Shown piece by piece: positions 11,456 to 24,482 of a stretch of DNA of 64,000 bases. The position numbers and the translations under genes are program-made. The notes beneath the pieces are model-generated. The model made no database searches. It had not been told where the DNA came from and worked only from the letters and a program-made list of their open reading frames with translations. The first letter of the stretch is position 1, and the number at the start of each line of letters is the position of its first letter. Origin of the DNA: Eledone cirrhosa (lineage: Eukaryota); assembly GCA_964016885.1 (NCBI GenBank), contig OZ024740.1, positions 21,018,001 to 21,082,000 on the forward strand, read 5' to 3'.

Positions 11456-13662
11456 ATGTACCATTCCTTCTTTCAATGTCATATTATCAGACAGTATATC
11501 TTCGACTACAATAGACAATGTACCATTCCTACTTTCAATGTGATATTAACAGACAGTATATCTTGGACTACATTAGACAATGTAGCATTCCTTCTTTCAA
11601 TGTGATATTATCAGACAGTATATCATGGACTACATTATCCAATGTACCATTCCTTCTTTCAATGTTATATTATCAGACTGTATATCTTGGACTACATTAG
11701 ACAATATACCATTCCTTCTTTCAATGTGATATTATCAGATAGTATATCTTGGACTACATTAGACAATGTACCATTCCTTCTTTCAATGTGATATTATCAG
11801 ACAGTATATCTTGGACTGCATTAGACAATGTACCATTCCTTCGTTCAAGGTGATATTATCAGACAGTATATCTTGGACTACACTAGACAATGTACCATTC
11901 CTTCTTTCAAGGTGATATTATCAGACAGTATATCTTGGACTAAATTAGACAATGTACCATTCCTTCTTTCAATGTCATATTATCAGACAGTATATCTTGG
12001 ACTTCATTAGACAATATACCATTCCTTCTTTCAATGTGATATTATCAGACAGTATATCTTGGACTACATTAGACAATGTACCATTCCTTCTTTCAAGGTG
12101 ATATTAACAGACAGTATATCTTGGACTACATTAGACAATGTACCATTCCTTCTTTCAAGGTGATATTATCAGACAGTATATCTTGGACTACATTAGACAA
12201 TGTACCATTCCTTCTTTCAAGGTGATATTATCAGACAGTATATCTTCAACTACATTAGACAATATACCATTCCTTCTTTCAATGTGATATTATCAGACAG
12301 TATATCTTGGACAACATTAGACAATGTACCATTCTTTCTTTCAAGGTGATATTATCAGACATTATATCTTGGACTACAATAGACAATGTACCATTCCTAC
12401 TTTCAATGTGATATTATCAGACAGTATATCTTTGACTACATTAGACAATGTACCATTCCTTCTTTCAATGTGATATTATCAGACAGTATATCATGGACTA
12501 CATTATACAATGTACCATTCCTTCTTTCAATGTTATATTATCAGACTGTATATCTTGGACTACATTAGACAATATACCATTCCTTCTTTCAATGTGATAT
12601 TATCAGACAGTATATCTTGGACTACATTAGACAATGTACCATTCCTTCTTTCAATGTGATATTATCAGACAGTATATCTTGGACTACATTATACAATGTA
12701 CCATTCCTTCTTTCAATGTTATATTATCAGACTGTATATCTTGGACTACATTAGACAATATACCATTCCTTCTTTCAATGTGATATTATCAGACAGTATA
12801 TCTTGGACTACATTAGACAATGTATCGTTCCTTCTTTCAATGTGATATTATCAGACAGAATACCTTGGACTACATTAGACAATATACCATTCCTTCTTTC
12901 AATGTGATATTATCAGACAGTATATCTTGGACTACATTAGACAATGTACCATTCCTTCTTTCAAGGTGATATTATCAGACAGTATATCTTGGACTACATT
13001 AGACAATGTACCATTCCTTCTTTCAAGGTGATATTATCAGACAGTATATCTTGGACTACATTAGACAATGTACCATTCCTTCTTTCAATGTTATATTATC
13101 AGACAGTATATCTTCGACTACATTAGACAATATACCATTCCTTCCTTCAATGTGATATTATCAGACAGTATATCTTGGACAACATTCGACAATGTACCAT
13201 GCTTTCTTTCAAGGTGATATTATCAGACAGTATATCTTGGACTACAATAGACAATGTACCATTCCTACTTTCAATGTGATATTAACAGACAGTATATCTT
13301 GGACTACATTAGACAATGTACCATTCCTTCTTTCAATGTGATATTATCAGACAGTATATCATGGACTACATTATACAATGTACCATTCCTTCTTTCAATG
13401 TTATATTATCAGACAGTATATCTTGGACTACATTAGACAATGTACCATTCCTTCTTTCAATGGGATATTATCAGACAGTATATCTTGGACTACATTAGAC
13501 AATGTACCATTTCTTCTTTCAAGTTGATATTATCAGACAGTATATCTTGGACTACATTAGACAATGTACCATTCCTTCTTTCAATGTGATATTATCAGAC
13601 AGTGTATCTTGCACTACATTAGACAATGTACCATTCCTTCTGTCAATGTGATATTATCAGAC

Positions 13663-13749
13663 TGCCTAATGTAGTCCAAGATATACTGTCTGATAATATC
13701 ACATTGAAAGAAGGAATGGTACATTGTCTAATGTAGTCCAAGATATACT
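13663..13749 (-). repeat. 87-bp inverted segment, copy 5 (tgcct)
   Basis: Reverse-complement segment, same junctions. Confidence 0.95.
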
Positions 13750-14220
13750 ATGTACCATTCCTTCTTTCAATGTCATATTATCAGACAGTATATCTTCGAC
13801 TACAATAGACAATGTACCATTCCTACTTTCAATGTGATATTAACAGACAGTATATCTTGGACTACATTAGACAATGTAGCATTCCTTCTTTCAATGTGAT
13901 ATTATCAGACAGTATATCATGGACTACATTATACAATGTACCATTCCTTCTTTCAATGTTATATTATCAGACAGTATATCTTGGACTACATTAGACAATG
14001 TACCATTCCTTCTTTCAATGGGATATTATCAGACAGTATATCTTGGACTACATTAGACAATGTACCATTCCTTCTTTCAATGGGATATTATCAGACAGTA
14101 TATCTTGGACTACAATAGACAATGTACCATTCCTTCTTTCATGGTGATATTATCAGACAGTGTATCTTGCACTACATTAGACAATGTACCATTCCTTCTG
14201 TCAATGTGATATTATCAGAC

Positions 14221-14307
14221 TGCCTAATGTAGTCCAAGATATACTGTCTGATAATATCACATTGAAAGAAGGAATGGTACATTGTCTAATTTAGTCCAAG
14301 ATATACT
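14221..14307 (-). repeat. 87-bp inverted segment, copy 6 (tgcct, ctaatttag)
   Basis: Reverse-complement segment, same junctions. Confidence 0.95.
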
Positions 14308-15462
14308 ATGTACCATTCCTTCTTTCAATGTCATATTATCAGACAGTATATCTTCGACTACAATAGACAATGTACCATTCCTACTTTCAATGTGATATTA
14401 ACAGACAGTATATTTTGGACTACATTAGACAATGTACCATTCCTTCTTTCAATGTGATATTATCAGACAGTATATCATGGACTACATTATACAATGTACC
14501 ATTCCTTCTTTCAATGTTATATTATCAGACTGTATATCTTGGACTACATTAGACAATATACCATTCCTTCTTTCAATGTGATATTATCAGACAGTATATC
14601 TTGGACTACATCAGACAATGTATCATTCCTTCTTTCAATGTGATATTATCAGACAGTATATCTTGGACTGCATTAGACAATGTACCATTCCTTCGTTCAA
14701 GGTGATATATTATCAGACAGTATATCTTGGACTACATTAGACAATGTACCATTCCTTCTTTCAAGATGATATTATCAGACAGTATATCTTGGACTACATT
14801 AGACAATGTACCATTCCTTCTTTCAAGGTGATATTATCAGACAGTATATCTTGGACTACATTAGACAATGTACCATTCCTTCTTTCAATGTTATATTATA
14901 AGACAGTATATCTTCGACTACATTAGACAATATACCATTCCTTCTTTCAATGTGATATTATCAGACAGTATATCTTGGACAACATTAGACAATGTACCAT
15001 TCTTTCTTTCAAGGTGATATTATCAGACAGTATATCTTGGACTACAATAGACAATATACCATTCCTTCTTTCAATGTGATATTATCAGACAGTATATCTT
15101 GGACTACATTAGACAATGTACCATTCCTTCTTTCAATGTGATATTATCAGACAGTATATCTTGGACTACATTATACAATGTACCATTTCTTCTTTCAATG
15201 TTATATTATCAGACTGTATTTCTTGGACTACATTAGACAATATACCATTCCTTCTTTCAATGTGATATTATCAGACAGTATATCTTGGACTACATTAGAC
15301 AATATACCATTCCTTCTTTCAATGTGATATTATCAGACAGTATATCTTGGACAACATTCGACAATGTACCATTCTTTCTTTCAAGATGATATTATCAGAC
15401 AGTATATCTTGGACTACAATAGACAATGTACCATTCCTTCTGTCAATGTGATATTATCAGAC

Positions 15463-15549
15463 TGCCTAATGTAGTCCAAGATATACTGTCTGATAATATC
15501 ACATTGAAAGAAGGAATGGTACATTGTCTAATTTAGTCCAAGATATACT
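15463..15549 (-). repeat. 87-bp inverted segment, copy 7 (tgcct, ctaatttag)
   Basis: Reverse-complement segment, same junctions. Confidence 0.95.
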
Positions 15550-17512
15550 ATGTACCATTCCTTCTTTCAATGTCATATTATCAGACAGTATATCTTCGAC
15601 TACAATAGACAATGTACCATTCCTACTTTCAATGTGATATTAACAGACAGTATATTTTGGACTACATTAGACAATGTACCATTCCTTCTTTCAATGTGAT
15701 ATTATCAGACAGTATATCATGGACTACATTATACAATGTACCATTCCTTCTTTCAATGTTATATTATCAGACTGTATATCTTGGACTACATTAGACAATA
15801 TACCATTCCTTCTTTCAATGTGATATTATCAGACAGTATATCTTGGACTACATCAGACAATGTATCATTCCTTCTTTCAATGTGATATTATCAGACAGTA
15901 TATCTTGGACTGCATTAGACAATGTACCATTCCTTCGTTCAAGGTGATATATTATCAGACAGTATATCTTGGACTACATTAGACAATGTACCATTCCTTC
16001 TTTCAAGATGATATTATCAGACAGTATATCTTGGACTACATTAGACAATGTACCATTCCTTCTTTCAAGGTGATATTATCAGACAGTATATCTTGGACTA
16101 CATTAGACAATGTACCATTCCTTCTTTCAATGTTATATTATAAGACAGTATATCTTCGACTACATTAGACAATATACCATTCCTTCTTTCAATGTGATAT
16201 TATCAGACAGTATATCTTGGACTGCATTAGACAATGTACCATTCCTTCGTTCAAGGTGATATATTATCAGACAGTATATCTTGGACTACAATAGACAATG
16301 TACCATTCCTACTTTCAATGTGATATTATCAGACAGTATATCTTTGACTACATTAGACAATGTACCATTCCTTCTTTCAATGTGATATTATCAGACAGTA
16401 TATCATGAACTACATTATACAATGTACCATTCCTTCTTTCAATGTTATATTATCAGACTGTATATCTTGGACTACATTAGACAATATACCATTCCTTCTT
16501 TCAATGTGATATTATCAGACAGTATATCTTGGACTACATTAGACAATGTACCATTCCTTCTTTCAATGTGATATTATCAGACAGTATATCTTGGACTACA
16601 TTATACAATGTACCATTCCTTCTTTCAATGTTATATTATCAGACTGTATATCTTGGACTACATTAGACAATATACCATTCCTTCTTTCAATGTGATATTA
16701 TCAGACAGTATATCTTGGACTACATTAGACAATGTATCGTTCCTTCTTTCAATGTGATATTATCAGACAGTATACCTTGGACTACATTAGACAATATACC
16801 ATTCCTTCTTTCAATGTGATATTATCAGACAGTATATCTTGGACTACATTAGACAATGTACCATTCCTTCTTTCAAGGTGATATTATCAGACAGTATATC
16901 TTGGACTACATTAGACAATGTACCATTCCTTCTTTCAAGGTGATATTATCAGACAGTATATCTTGGACTACATTAGACAATGTACCATTCCTTCTTTCAA
17001 TGTTATATTATCAGACAGTATATCTTCGACTACATTAGACAATATACCATTCCTTCTTTCAAGGTGATATTATCAGACAGTATATCTTGGACTACAATAG
17101 ACAATGTACCATTCCTACTTTCAATGTGATATTAACAGACAGTATATCTTGGACTACATTAGACAATGTACCATTCCTTCTTTCAATGTGATATTATCAG
17201 ACAGTATATCATGGACTACATTATACAATGTACCATTCCTTCTTTCAATGTTATATTATCAGACAGTATATCTTGGACTACATTAGACAATGTACCATTC
17301 CTTCTTTCAATGGGATATTATCAGACAGTATACCTTGGACTACATTAGACAATGTACCATTTCTTCCTTCAAGTTGATATTATCAGACAGTATATCTTGG
17401 ACTACATTAGACAATGTACCATTCCTTCTTTCAATGTGATATTATCAGACAGTGTATCTTGCACTACATTAGACAATGTACCATTCCTTCTGTCAATGTG
17501 ATATTATCAGAC

Positions 17513-17599
17513 TGCCTAATGTAGTCCAAGATATACTGTCTGATAATATCACATTGAAAGAAGGAATGGTACATTGTCTAATGTAGTCCAAGATATACT
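17513..17599 (-). repeat. 87-bp inverted segment, copy 8 (tgcct)
   Basis: Reverse-complement segment, same junctions. Confidence 0.95.
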
Positions 17600-19806
17600 A
17601 TGTACCATTCCTTCTTTCAATGTCATATTATCAGACAGTATATCTTCGACTACAATAGACAATGTACCATTCCTACTTTCAATGTGATATTAACAGACAG
17701 TATATCTTGGACTACATTAGACAATGTAGCATTCCTTCTTTCAATGTGATATTATCAGACAGTATATCATGGACTACATTATCCAATGTACCATTCCTTC
17801 TTTCAATGTTATATTATCAGACTGTATATCTTGGACTACATTAGACAATATACCATTCCTTCTTTCAATGTGATATTATCAGATAGTATATCTTGGACTA
17901 CATTAGACAATGTACCATTCCTTCTTTCAATGTGATATTATCAGACAGTATATCTTGGACTGCATTAGACAATGTACCATTCCTTCGTTCAAGGTGATAT
18001 TATCAGACAGTATATCTTGGACTACACTAGACAATGTACCATTCCTTCTTTCAAGGTGATATTATCAGACAGTATATCTTGGACTAAATTAGACAATGTA
18101 CCATTCCTTCTTTCAATGTCATATTATCAGACAGTATATCTTGGACTTCATTAGACAATATACCATTCCTTCTTTCAATGTGATATTATCAGACAGTATA
18201 TCTTGGACTACATTAGACAATGTACCATTCCTTCTTTCAAGGTGATATTAACAGACAGTATATCTTGGACTACATTAGACAATGTACCATTCCTTCTTTC
18301 AAGGTGATATTATCAGACAGTATATCTTGGACTACATTAGACAATGTACCATTCCTTCTTTCAAGGTGATATTATCAGACAGTATATCTTCAACTACATT
18401 AGACAATATACCATTCCTTCTTTCAATGTGATATTATCAGACAGTATATCTTGGACAACATTAGACAATGTACCATTCTTTCTTTCAAGGTGATATTATC
18501 AGACATTATATCTTGGACTACAATAGACAATGTACCATTCCTACTTTCAATGTGATATTATCAGACAGTATATCTTTGACTACATTAGACAATGTACCAT
18601 TCCTTCTTTCAATGTGATATTATCAGACAGTATATCATGGACTACATTATACAATGTACCATTCCTTCTTTCAATGTTATATTATCAGACTGTATATCTT
18701 GGACTACATTAGACAATATACCATTCCTTCTTTCAATGTGATATTATCAGACAGTATATCTTGGACTACATTAGACAATGTACCATTCCTTCTTTCAATG
18801 TGATATTATCAGACAGTATATCTTGGACTACATTATACAATGTACCATTCCTTCTTTCAATGTTATATTATCAGACTGTATATCTTGGACTACATTAGAC
18901 AATATACCATTCCTTCTTTCAATGTGATATTATCAGACAGTATATCTTGGACTACATTAGACAATGTATCGTTCCTTCTTTCAATGTGATATTATCAGAC
19001 AGAATACCTTGGACTACATTAGACAATATACCATTCCTTCTTTCAATGTGATATTATCAGACAGTATATCTTGGACTACATTAGACAATGTACCATTCCT
19101 TCTTTCAAGGTGATATTATCAGACAGTATATCTTGGACTACATTAGACAATGTACCATTCCTTCTTTCAAGGTGATATTATCAGACAGTATATCTTGGAC
19201 TACATTAGACAATGTACCATTCCTTCTTTCAATGTTATATTATCAGACAGTATATCTTCGACTACATTAGACAATATACCATTCCTTCCTTCAATGTGAT
19301 ATTATCAGACAGTATATCTTGGACAACATTCGACAATGTACCATGCTTTCTTTCAAGGTGATATTATCAGACAGTATATCTTGGACTACAATAGACAATG
19401 TACCATTCCTACTTTCAATGTGATATTAACAGACAGTATATCTTGGACTACATTAGACAATGTACCATTCCTTCTTTCAATGTGATATTATCAGACAGTA
19501 TATCATGGACTACATTATACAATGTACCATTCCTTCTTTCAATGTTATATTATCAGACAGTATATCTTGGACTACATTAGACAATGTACCATTCCTTCTT
19601 TCAATGGGATATTATCAGACAGTATATCTTGGACTACATTAGACAATGTACCATTTCTTCTTTCAAGTTGATATTATCAGACAGTATATCTTGGACTACA
19701 TTAGACAATGTACCATTCCTTCTTTCAATGTGATATTATCAGACAGTGTATCTTGCACTACATTAGACAATGTACCATTCCTTCTGTCAATGTGATATTA
19801 TCAGAC

Positions 19807-19893
19807 TGCCTAATGTAGTCCAAGATATACTGTCTGATAATATCACATTGAAAGAAGGAATGGTACATTGTCTAATGTAGTCCAAGATATACT
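19807..19893 (-). repeat. 87-bp inverted segment, copy 9 (tgcct)
   Basis: Reverse-complement segment, same junctions. Confidence 0.95.
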
Positions 19894-20364
19894 ATGTACC
19901 ATTCCTTCTTTCAATGTCATATTATCAGACAGTATATCTTCGACTACAATAGACAATGTACCATTCCTACTTTCAATGTGATATTAACAGACAGTATATC
20001 TTGGACTACATTAGACAATGTAGCATTCCTTCTTTCAATGTGATATTATCAGACAGTATATCATGGACTACATTATACAATGTACCATTCCTTCTTTCAA
20101 TGTTATATTATCAGACAGTATATCTTGGACTACATTAGACAATGTACCATTCCTTCTTTCAATGGGATATTATCAGACAGTATATCTTGGACTACATTAG
20201 ACAATGTACCATTCCTTCTTTCAATGGGATATTATCAGACAGTATATCTTGGACTACAATAGACAATGTACCATTCCTTCTTTCATGGTGATATTATCAG
20301 ACAGTGTATCTTGCACTACATTAGACAATGTACCATTCCTTCTGTCAATGTGATATTATCAGAC

Positions 20365-20451
20365 TGCCTAATGTAGTCCAAGATATACTGTCTGATAATA
20401 TCACATTGAAAGAAGGAATGGTACATTGTCTAATTTAGTCCAAGATATACT
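20365..20451 (-). repeat. 87-bp inverted segment, copy 10 (tgcct, ctaatttag)
   Basis: Reverse-complement segment, same junctions. Confidence 0.95.
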
Positions 20452-22164
20452 ATGTACCATTCCTTCTTTCAATGTCATATTATCAGACAGTATATCTTCG
20501 ACTACAATAGACAATGTACCATTCCTACTTTCAATGTGATATTAACAGACAGTATATTTTGGACTACATTAGACAATGTACCATTCCTTCTTTCAATGTG
20601 ATATTATCAGACAGTATATCATGGACTACATTATACAATGTACCATTCCTTCTTTCAATGTTATATTATCAGACTGTATATCTTGGACTACATTAGACAA
20701 TATACCATTCCTTCTTTCAATGTGATATTATCAGACAGTATATCTTGGACTACATCAGACAATGTATCATTCCTTCTTTCAATGTGATATTATCAGACAG
20801 TATATCTTGGACTGCATTAGACAATGTACCATTCCTTCGTTCAAGGTGATATATTATCAGACAGTATATCTTGGACTACATTAGACAATGTACCATTCCT
20901 TCTTTCAAGATGATATTATCAGACAGTATATCTTGGACTACATTAGACAATGTACCATTCCTTCTTTCAAGGTGATATTATCAGACAGTATATCTTGGAC
21001 TACATTAGACAATGTACCATTCCTTCTTTCAATGTTATATTATAAGACAGTATATCTTCGACTACATTAGACAATATACCATTCCTTCTTTCAATGTGAT
21101 ATTATCAGACAGTATATCTTGGACAACATTAGACAATGTACCATTCTTTCTTTCAAGGTGATATTATCAGACAGTATATCTTGGACTACAATAGACAATA
21201 TACCATTCCTTCTTTCAATGTGATATTATCAGACAGTATATCTTGGACTACATTAGACAATGTACCATTCCTTCTTTCAATGTGATATTATCAGACAGTA
21301 TATCTTGGACTACATTATACAATGTACCATTTCTTCTTTCAATGTTATATTATCAGACTGTATATCTTGGACTACATTAGACAATATACCATTCCTTCTT
21401 TCAATGTGATATTATCAGACAGTATATCTTGGACTACATTAGACAATATACCATTCCTTCCTTCAATGTGATATTATCAGACAGTATATCTTGGACAACA
21501 TTCGACAATGTACCATTCTTTCTTTCAAGATGATATTATCAGACAGTATATCTTGGACTACAATAGACAATGTACCATTCCTACTTTCAATGTGATATTA
21601 ACAGACAGTATATCTTGGACTACATTAGACAATGTACCATTCCTTCTTTCGATGTGATATTATCAGACAGTATATCTTGGACTACATTAGACAATGTACC
21701 ATTCCTTCTTTCAATGTGATATTATCAGACAGTATATCATGGACTACATTATACAATGTACCATTCCTTCTTTCAATGTTATATTATCAGACTGTATATC
21801 TTGGACTACATTAGACAATATACCATTCCTTCTTTCAATGTGATATTATCAGACAGTATATCTTGGACTACATTAGACAATGTACCATTCCTTCTTTCAA
21901 TGTGATATTATCAGACAGTTTATCTTGGACTACATTAGACAATGTACCATTCCTTCTTTCAATGGGATATTATCAGACAGTATATCTTGGACTACATTAG
22001 ACAATGTACCATTTCTTCTTTCAAGTTGATATTATCAGACAGTATATCTTGGACTACATTAGACAATGTACCATTCCTTCTTTCAATGTGATATTATCAG
22101 ACAGTGTATCTTGCACTACATTAGACAATGTACCATTCCTTCTGTCAATGTGATATTATCAGAT

Positions 22165-22251
22165 TGCCTAATGTAGTCCAAGATATACTGTCTGATAATA
22201 TCACATTGAAAGAAGGAATGGTACATTGTCTAATGTAGTCCAAGATATACT
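22165..22251 (-). repeat. 87-bp inverted segment, copy 11 (tgcct; left flank agat)
   Basis: Reverse-complement segment, same junction positions. Confidence 0.95.
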
Positions 22252-24395
22252 ATGTACCATTCCTTCTTTCAATGTCATATTATCAGACAGTATATCTTCG
22301 ACTACAATAGACAATGTACCATTCCTACTTTCAATGTGATATTAACAGACAGTATATCTTGGACTACATTAGACAATGTACCATTCCTTCTTTCAATGTG
22401 ATATTATCAGACAGTATATCATGGACTACATTATACAATGTACCATTCCTTCTTTCAATGTTATATTATCAGACTGTATATCTTGGACTACATTAGACAA
22501 TATACCATTCCTTCTTTCAATGTGATATTATCAGACAGTATATCTTGGACTACATTAGACAATGTACCATTCCTTCTTTCAATGTGATATTATCAGACAG
22601 TATATCTTGGACTAAATTAGACAATGTACCATTCCTTCTTTCAATGTCATATTATCAGACAGTATATCTTGGACTTCATTAGACAATATACCATTCCTTC
22701 TTTCAATGTGATATTATCAGACTGTATATCTTGGACTACATTAGACAATGTACCATTCCTTCTTTCAAGGTGATATTATCAGACAGTATATCTTGGACTA
22801 CATTAGACAATGTACCATTCCTTCTTTCAAGGTGATATTATCAGACAGTATATCTTGGACTACATTAGACAATGTACCATTCCTTCTTTCAAGGTGATAT
22901 TATCAGACAGTATATCTTGGACTACCTTAGACAATGTACCATTCCTTCTTTCAATGTTATATTATCAGACAGTATATCTTCGACTACATTAGACAATATA
23001 CCATTCCTTCTTTCAATGTGATATTATCAGACAGTATATCTTGGACAACATTAGACAATGTACCATTCTTTCTTTCAAGGTGATATTATCAGACAGTATA
23101 TCTTGGACTACAATAGACAATGTACCATTCCTACTTTCAATGTGATATTATCAGACAGTATATCTTTGACTACATTAGACAATGTACCATTCCTTCTTTC
23201 AATGTGATATTATCAGACAGTATATCATGGACTACATTATACAATGTACCATTCCTTCTTTCAATGTTATATTATCAGACTGTATATCTTGGACTACATT
23301 AGACAATATACCATTCCTTCTTTCAATGTGATATTATCAGACAGTATATCTTGGACTACATTAGACAATGTACCATTCCTTCTTTCAATGTGATATTATC
23401 AGACAGTATATCTTGGACTACATTATACAATGTACCATTCCTTCTTTCAATGTTATATTATCAGACTGTATATCTTGGACTACATTAGACAATATACCAT
23501 TCCTTCTTTCAATGTGATATTATCAGACAGTATATCTTGGACTACATTAGACAATGTATCGTTCCTTCTTTCAATGTGATATTATCAGACAGTATACCTT
23601 GGACTACATTAGACAATATACCATTCCTTCTTTCAATGTGATATTATCAGACAGTATATCTTGGACTACATTAGACAATGTACCATTCCTTCTTTCAAGG
23701 TGATATTATCAGACAGTATATCTTGGACTACATTAGATAATGTACCATTCCTTCTTTCAAGGTGATATTATCAGACAGTATATCTTGGACTACATTAGAC
23801 AATGTACCATTCCTTCTTTCAATGTTATATTATCAGACAGTATATCTTCGACTACATTAGACAATATACCATTCCTTCTTTCAATGTGATATTATCAGAC
23901 AGTATATCTTGGACAACATTCGACAATGTACCATGCTTTTTTCAAGGTGATATTATCAGACAGTATATCTTGGACTACAATAGACAATGTACCATTCCTA
24001 CTTTCAATGTGATATTAACAGACAGTATATCTTGGACTACATTAGACAATGTACCATTCCTTCTTTCAATGTGATATTATCAGACAGTATATCATGGACT
24101 ACATTATACAATGTACCATTCCTTCTTTCAATGTTATATTATCAGACAGTATATCTTGGACTACATTAGACAATGTACCATTCCTTCTTTCAATGGGATA
24201 TTATCAGACAGTATACCTTGGACTACATTAGACAATGTACCATTTCTTCTTTCAAGTTGATATTATCAGACAGTATATCTTGGACTACATTAGACAATGT
24301 ACCATTCCTTCTTTCAATGTGATATTATCAGACAGTGTATCTTGCACTACATTAGACAATGTACCATTCCTTCTGTCAATGTGATATTATCAGAC

Positions 24396-24482
24396 TGCCT
24401 AATGTAGTCCAAGATATACTGTCTGATAATATCACATTGAAAGAAGGAATGGTACATTGTCTAATGTAGTCCAAGATATACT
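24396..24482 (-). repeat. 87-bp inverted segment, copy 12 (tgcct)
   Basis: Reverse-complement segment, same junctions. Confidence 0.95.

Larger units (their letters stand above)
9276..21582 (+). repeat. Near-perfect tandem duplication of a 6144-bp block (99 monomers + 6 bp)
   Basis: ORFs from 9468 to 14744 recur identically at +6144 (15612-20888). The inversions and 64-bp monomers also recur at +6144. Differences seen at 15220/21364 and 15317/21461. Confidence 0.92.
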
